17,389 nt of DNA from Terriglobia bacterium (GTDB lineage Bacteria > Acidobacteriota > Terriglobia > 20CM-2-55-15), in assembly GCA_965198225.1 (NCBI GenBank), contig CBDAOY010000001.1, forward strand, positions 1-17,389, written 5' to 3'. Positions within the stretch are counted from its first letter, which is position 1, and every line of letters begins with the position of its first letter. This document shows positions 16,367 through 17,389 of this stretch, piece by piece. The notes beneath the pieces were generated by a model, which saw only the letters and a list, made by a program, of their open reading frames with translations, ran no database searches and had not been told where the DNA came from. Made by a program: the position numbers and the translations under genes.

Positions 16367-16618
16367 ATGTCGACATCTACGATTACCCGCAAGGGTCAGG
16401 TGACTATCCCCAAGGACATTCGTGACTCCCTCAACCTGACGGAGGGTCAGCGGGTCTTCTTCGTCCAGCGCGGTCAGGACATCGTCCTCAAGGTGCTCCG
16501 CGGGAACATTCTGGAGCTCAGGGGTTCGGTCCAGCCGGCGAACCGTCCCGAGGACTTTCGAAAAGTGCGCGAGGCCGCCAGGAAGGACGTCGCCAGGAAG
16601 ACGGCGCGTGATGACTGA
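16367..16618 (+). CDS. AbrB/MazE/SpoVT-family antitoxin (VapB-like)
   Basis: N-terminal STITRKGQVTIPKDIRDSLNLTEGQRV swapped-hairpin motif. Overlaps the downstream PIN gene. Confidence 0.9.
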   Translation: MSTSTITRKGQVTIPKDIRDSLNLTEGQRVFFVQRGQDIVLKVLRGNILELRGSVQPANRPEDFRKVREAARKDVARKTARDD

Positions 16619-17021
16619 TTACTTCGTCGACACGAATGTATTCCTTCGATTCTTGACCAACGACGATCCTTCAAAAGCCAGGCGGACCCAAGCGCTCTTT
16701 AAGAAGGCGATCGCCGGCAAGGTAAGACTCGAGACAAGCCTGCTCGTTATCGCGGAGATCATCTGGACCCTCGAGTCGTTCTATCGGTTGGCCAGGCCCG
16801 ACATCAGTGAGAAGGTCAGCAAGATCCTCAATACTCCCAATCTCGATTGTCCTTCCAGCGACATGGTCTTGGAAGCGCTGGACTTGTACGTCACGAAGAA
16901 CGTCGATTTCATCGATGCCTTTCACGGCGTGATGCTGAGACAGGCAAACATCAAACAAGTCTTGACGTACGACAGGACGCACTTCCAACACATGGATTGG
17001 CTCTCGGTAGTCGAGCCGTAG
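16611..17021 (+). CDS. vapC: PIN-domain toxin (VapC family)
   Basis: FVDTNVFLRFL, VIAEIIWTL, VDFIDAF and LTYDR acidic PIN motifs. Start is GTG 16608 or ATG 16611. Confidence 0.9.
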   Translation: MTDYFVDTNVFLRFLTNDDPSKARRTQALFKKAIAGKVRLETSLLVIAEIIWTLESFYRLARPDISEKVSKILNTPNLDCPSSDMVLEALDLYVTKNVDFIDAFHGVMLRQANIKQVLTYDRTHFQHMDWLSVVEP

Positions 17022-17048
17022 CTTCTAAAGGAACCCTTTCGATTTTGC

Positions 17049-17389
17049 TCATCGGGCGATCAGGACCGTCACCCGATGCGGCTCGCTGGTGGACGGGTGA
17101 TGCATGAGGACATCCTGCTTGCCGTCGCTGTTGAGGTCCACCAGCCAGGTGTACTCCTCGTCGTTGGGCATGGCGAGGGCCACCTTCTGAGGCCGCCGGG
17201 CGAACAGCTCCGTCCCTGCCACGCCGAGGAAAACGTGCAGCTCGTCCCGGCCCTTCTGCACGAGGAGGTCCGAGCGTCTGTCGCCGTTCACGTCCCCGAT
17301 CAGCGCCGCCGGGTAGAACGCGTCTTCCCCCCGGAAGTCCGCCTTGATTTTGCGGGCGGCGTTGGGTCTATCGGGGTAGAGGCCGCCTT
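17049..17389 (-). CDS. FG-GAP/VCBS repeat protein, 3' end (runs off the right edge)
   Basis: Frame is open to the edge: ...AALIGDVNGDRRSDLLVQ...WLVDLNSDGKQDVLM..., with two DxNxDG-like loops. Confidence 0.85.
   Translation of the reverse strand, partial: GGLYPDRPNAARKIKADFRGEDAFYPAALIGDVNGDRRSDLLVQKGRDELHVFLGVAGTELFARRPQKVALAMPNDEEYTWLVDLNSDGKQDVLMHHPSTSEPHRVTVLIAR

Noticed and set aside
1-17389. CRISPR array, integron cassette array, rRNA or tRNA genes
   Set aside because: No regularly spaced 23-50-bp direct repeats, recurrent attC-like sites, cas or integrase genes, or RNA gene signatures were seen.

Overview
GC-rich bacterial accessory region. The kinase/beta-propeller, FHA-PP2C, BON and DUF1223 genes suggest an Acidobacteria-like host, which is inference only. 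From left to right it holds: the 5' part of nuoJ (cut by the window edge), a CBS-domain protein, a GAF/HD-GYP protein, a complete IS1182-family element (16-bp IRs, CTAG target duplication), a Rieske ferredoxin, a membrane GGDEF protein, a Ser/Thr kinase-TolB-propeller coupled to an FHA-PP2C phosphatase, a secreted NTF2-like protein, gene fragments abutting a MerA/LpdA-like flavoprotein disulfide reductase, a DUF1223 protein, a triple-BON protein, an AbrB-VapC toxin-antitoxin pair and the 3' end of an FG-GAP/VCBS protein. The most notable non-routine signals are four. (1) Two copies of a heavily base-paired MITE-like element with 25-26-bp TIRs, compensatory changes and an optional 108-bp hairpin module. 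(2) Single-base lesions in the catalytic motifs of three signalling enzymes: HHE->HDE, GGDEF->GWDEF and a PP2C DDxT frameshift. (3) Degenerate 7-bp-period inverted repeat arrays in three intergenic regions, plus GTAG-type REPs. (4) A short NuoB-like ORF coupled to nuoJ. No clearly complete novel system is proven by the sequence alone.
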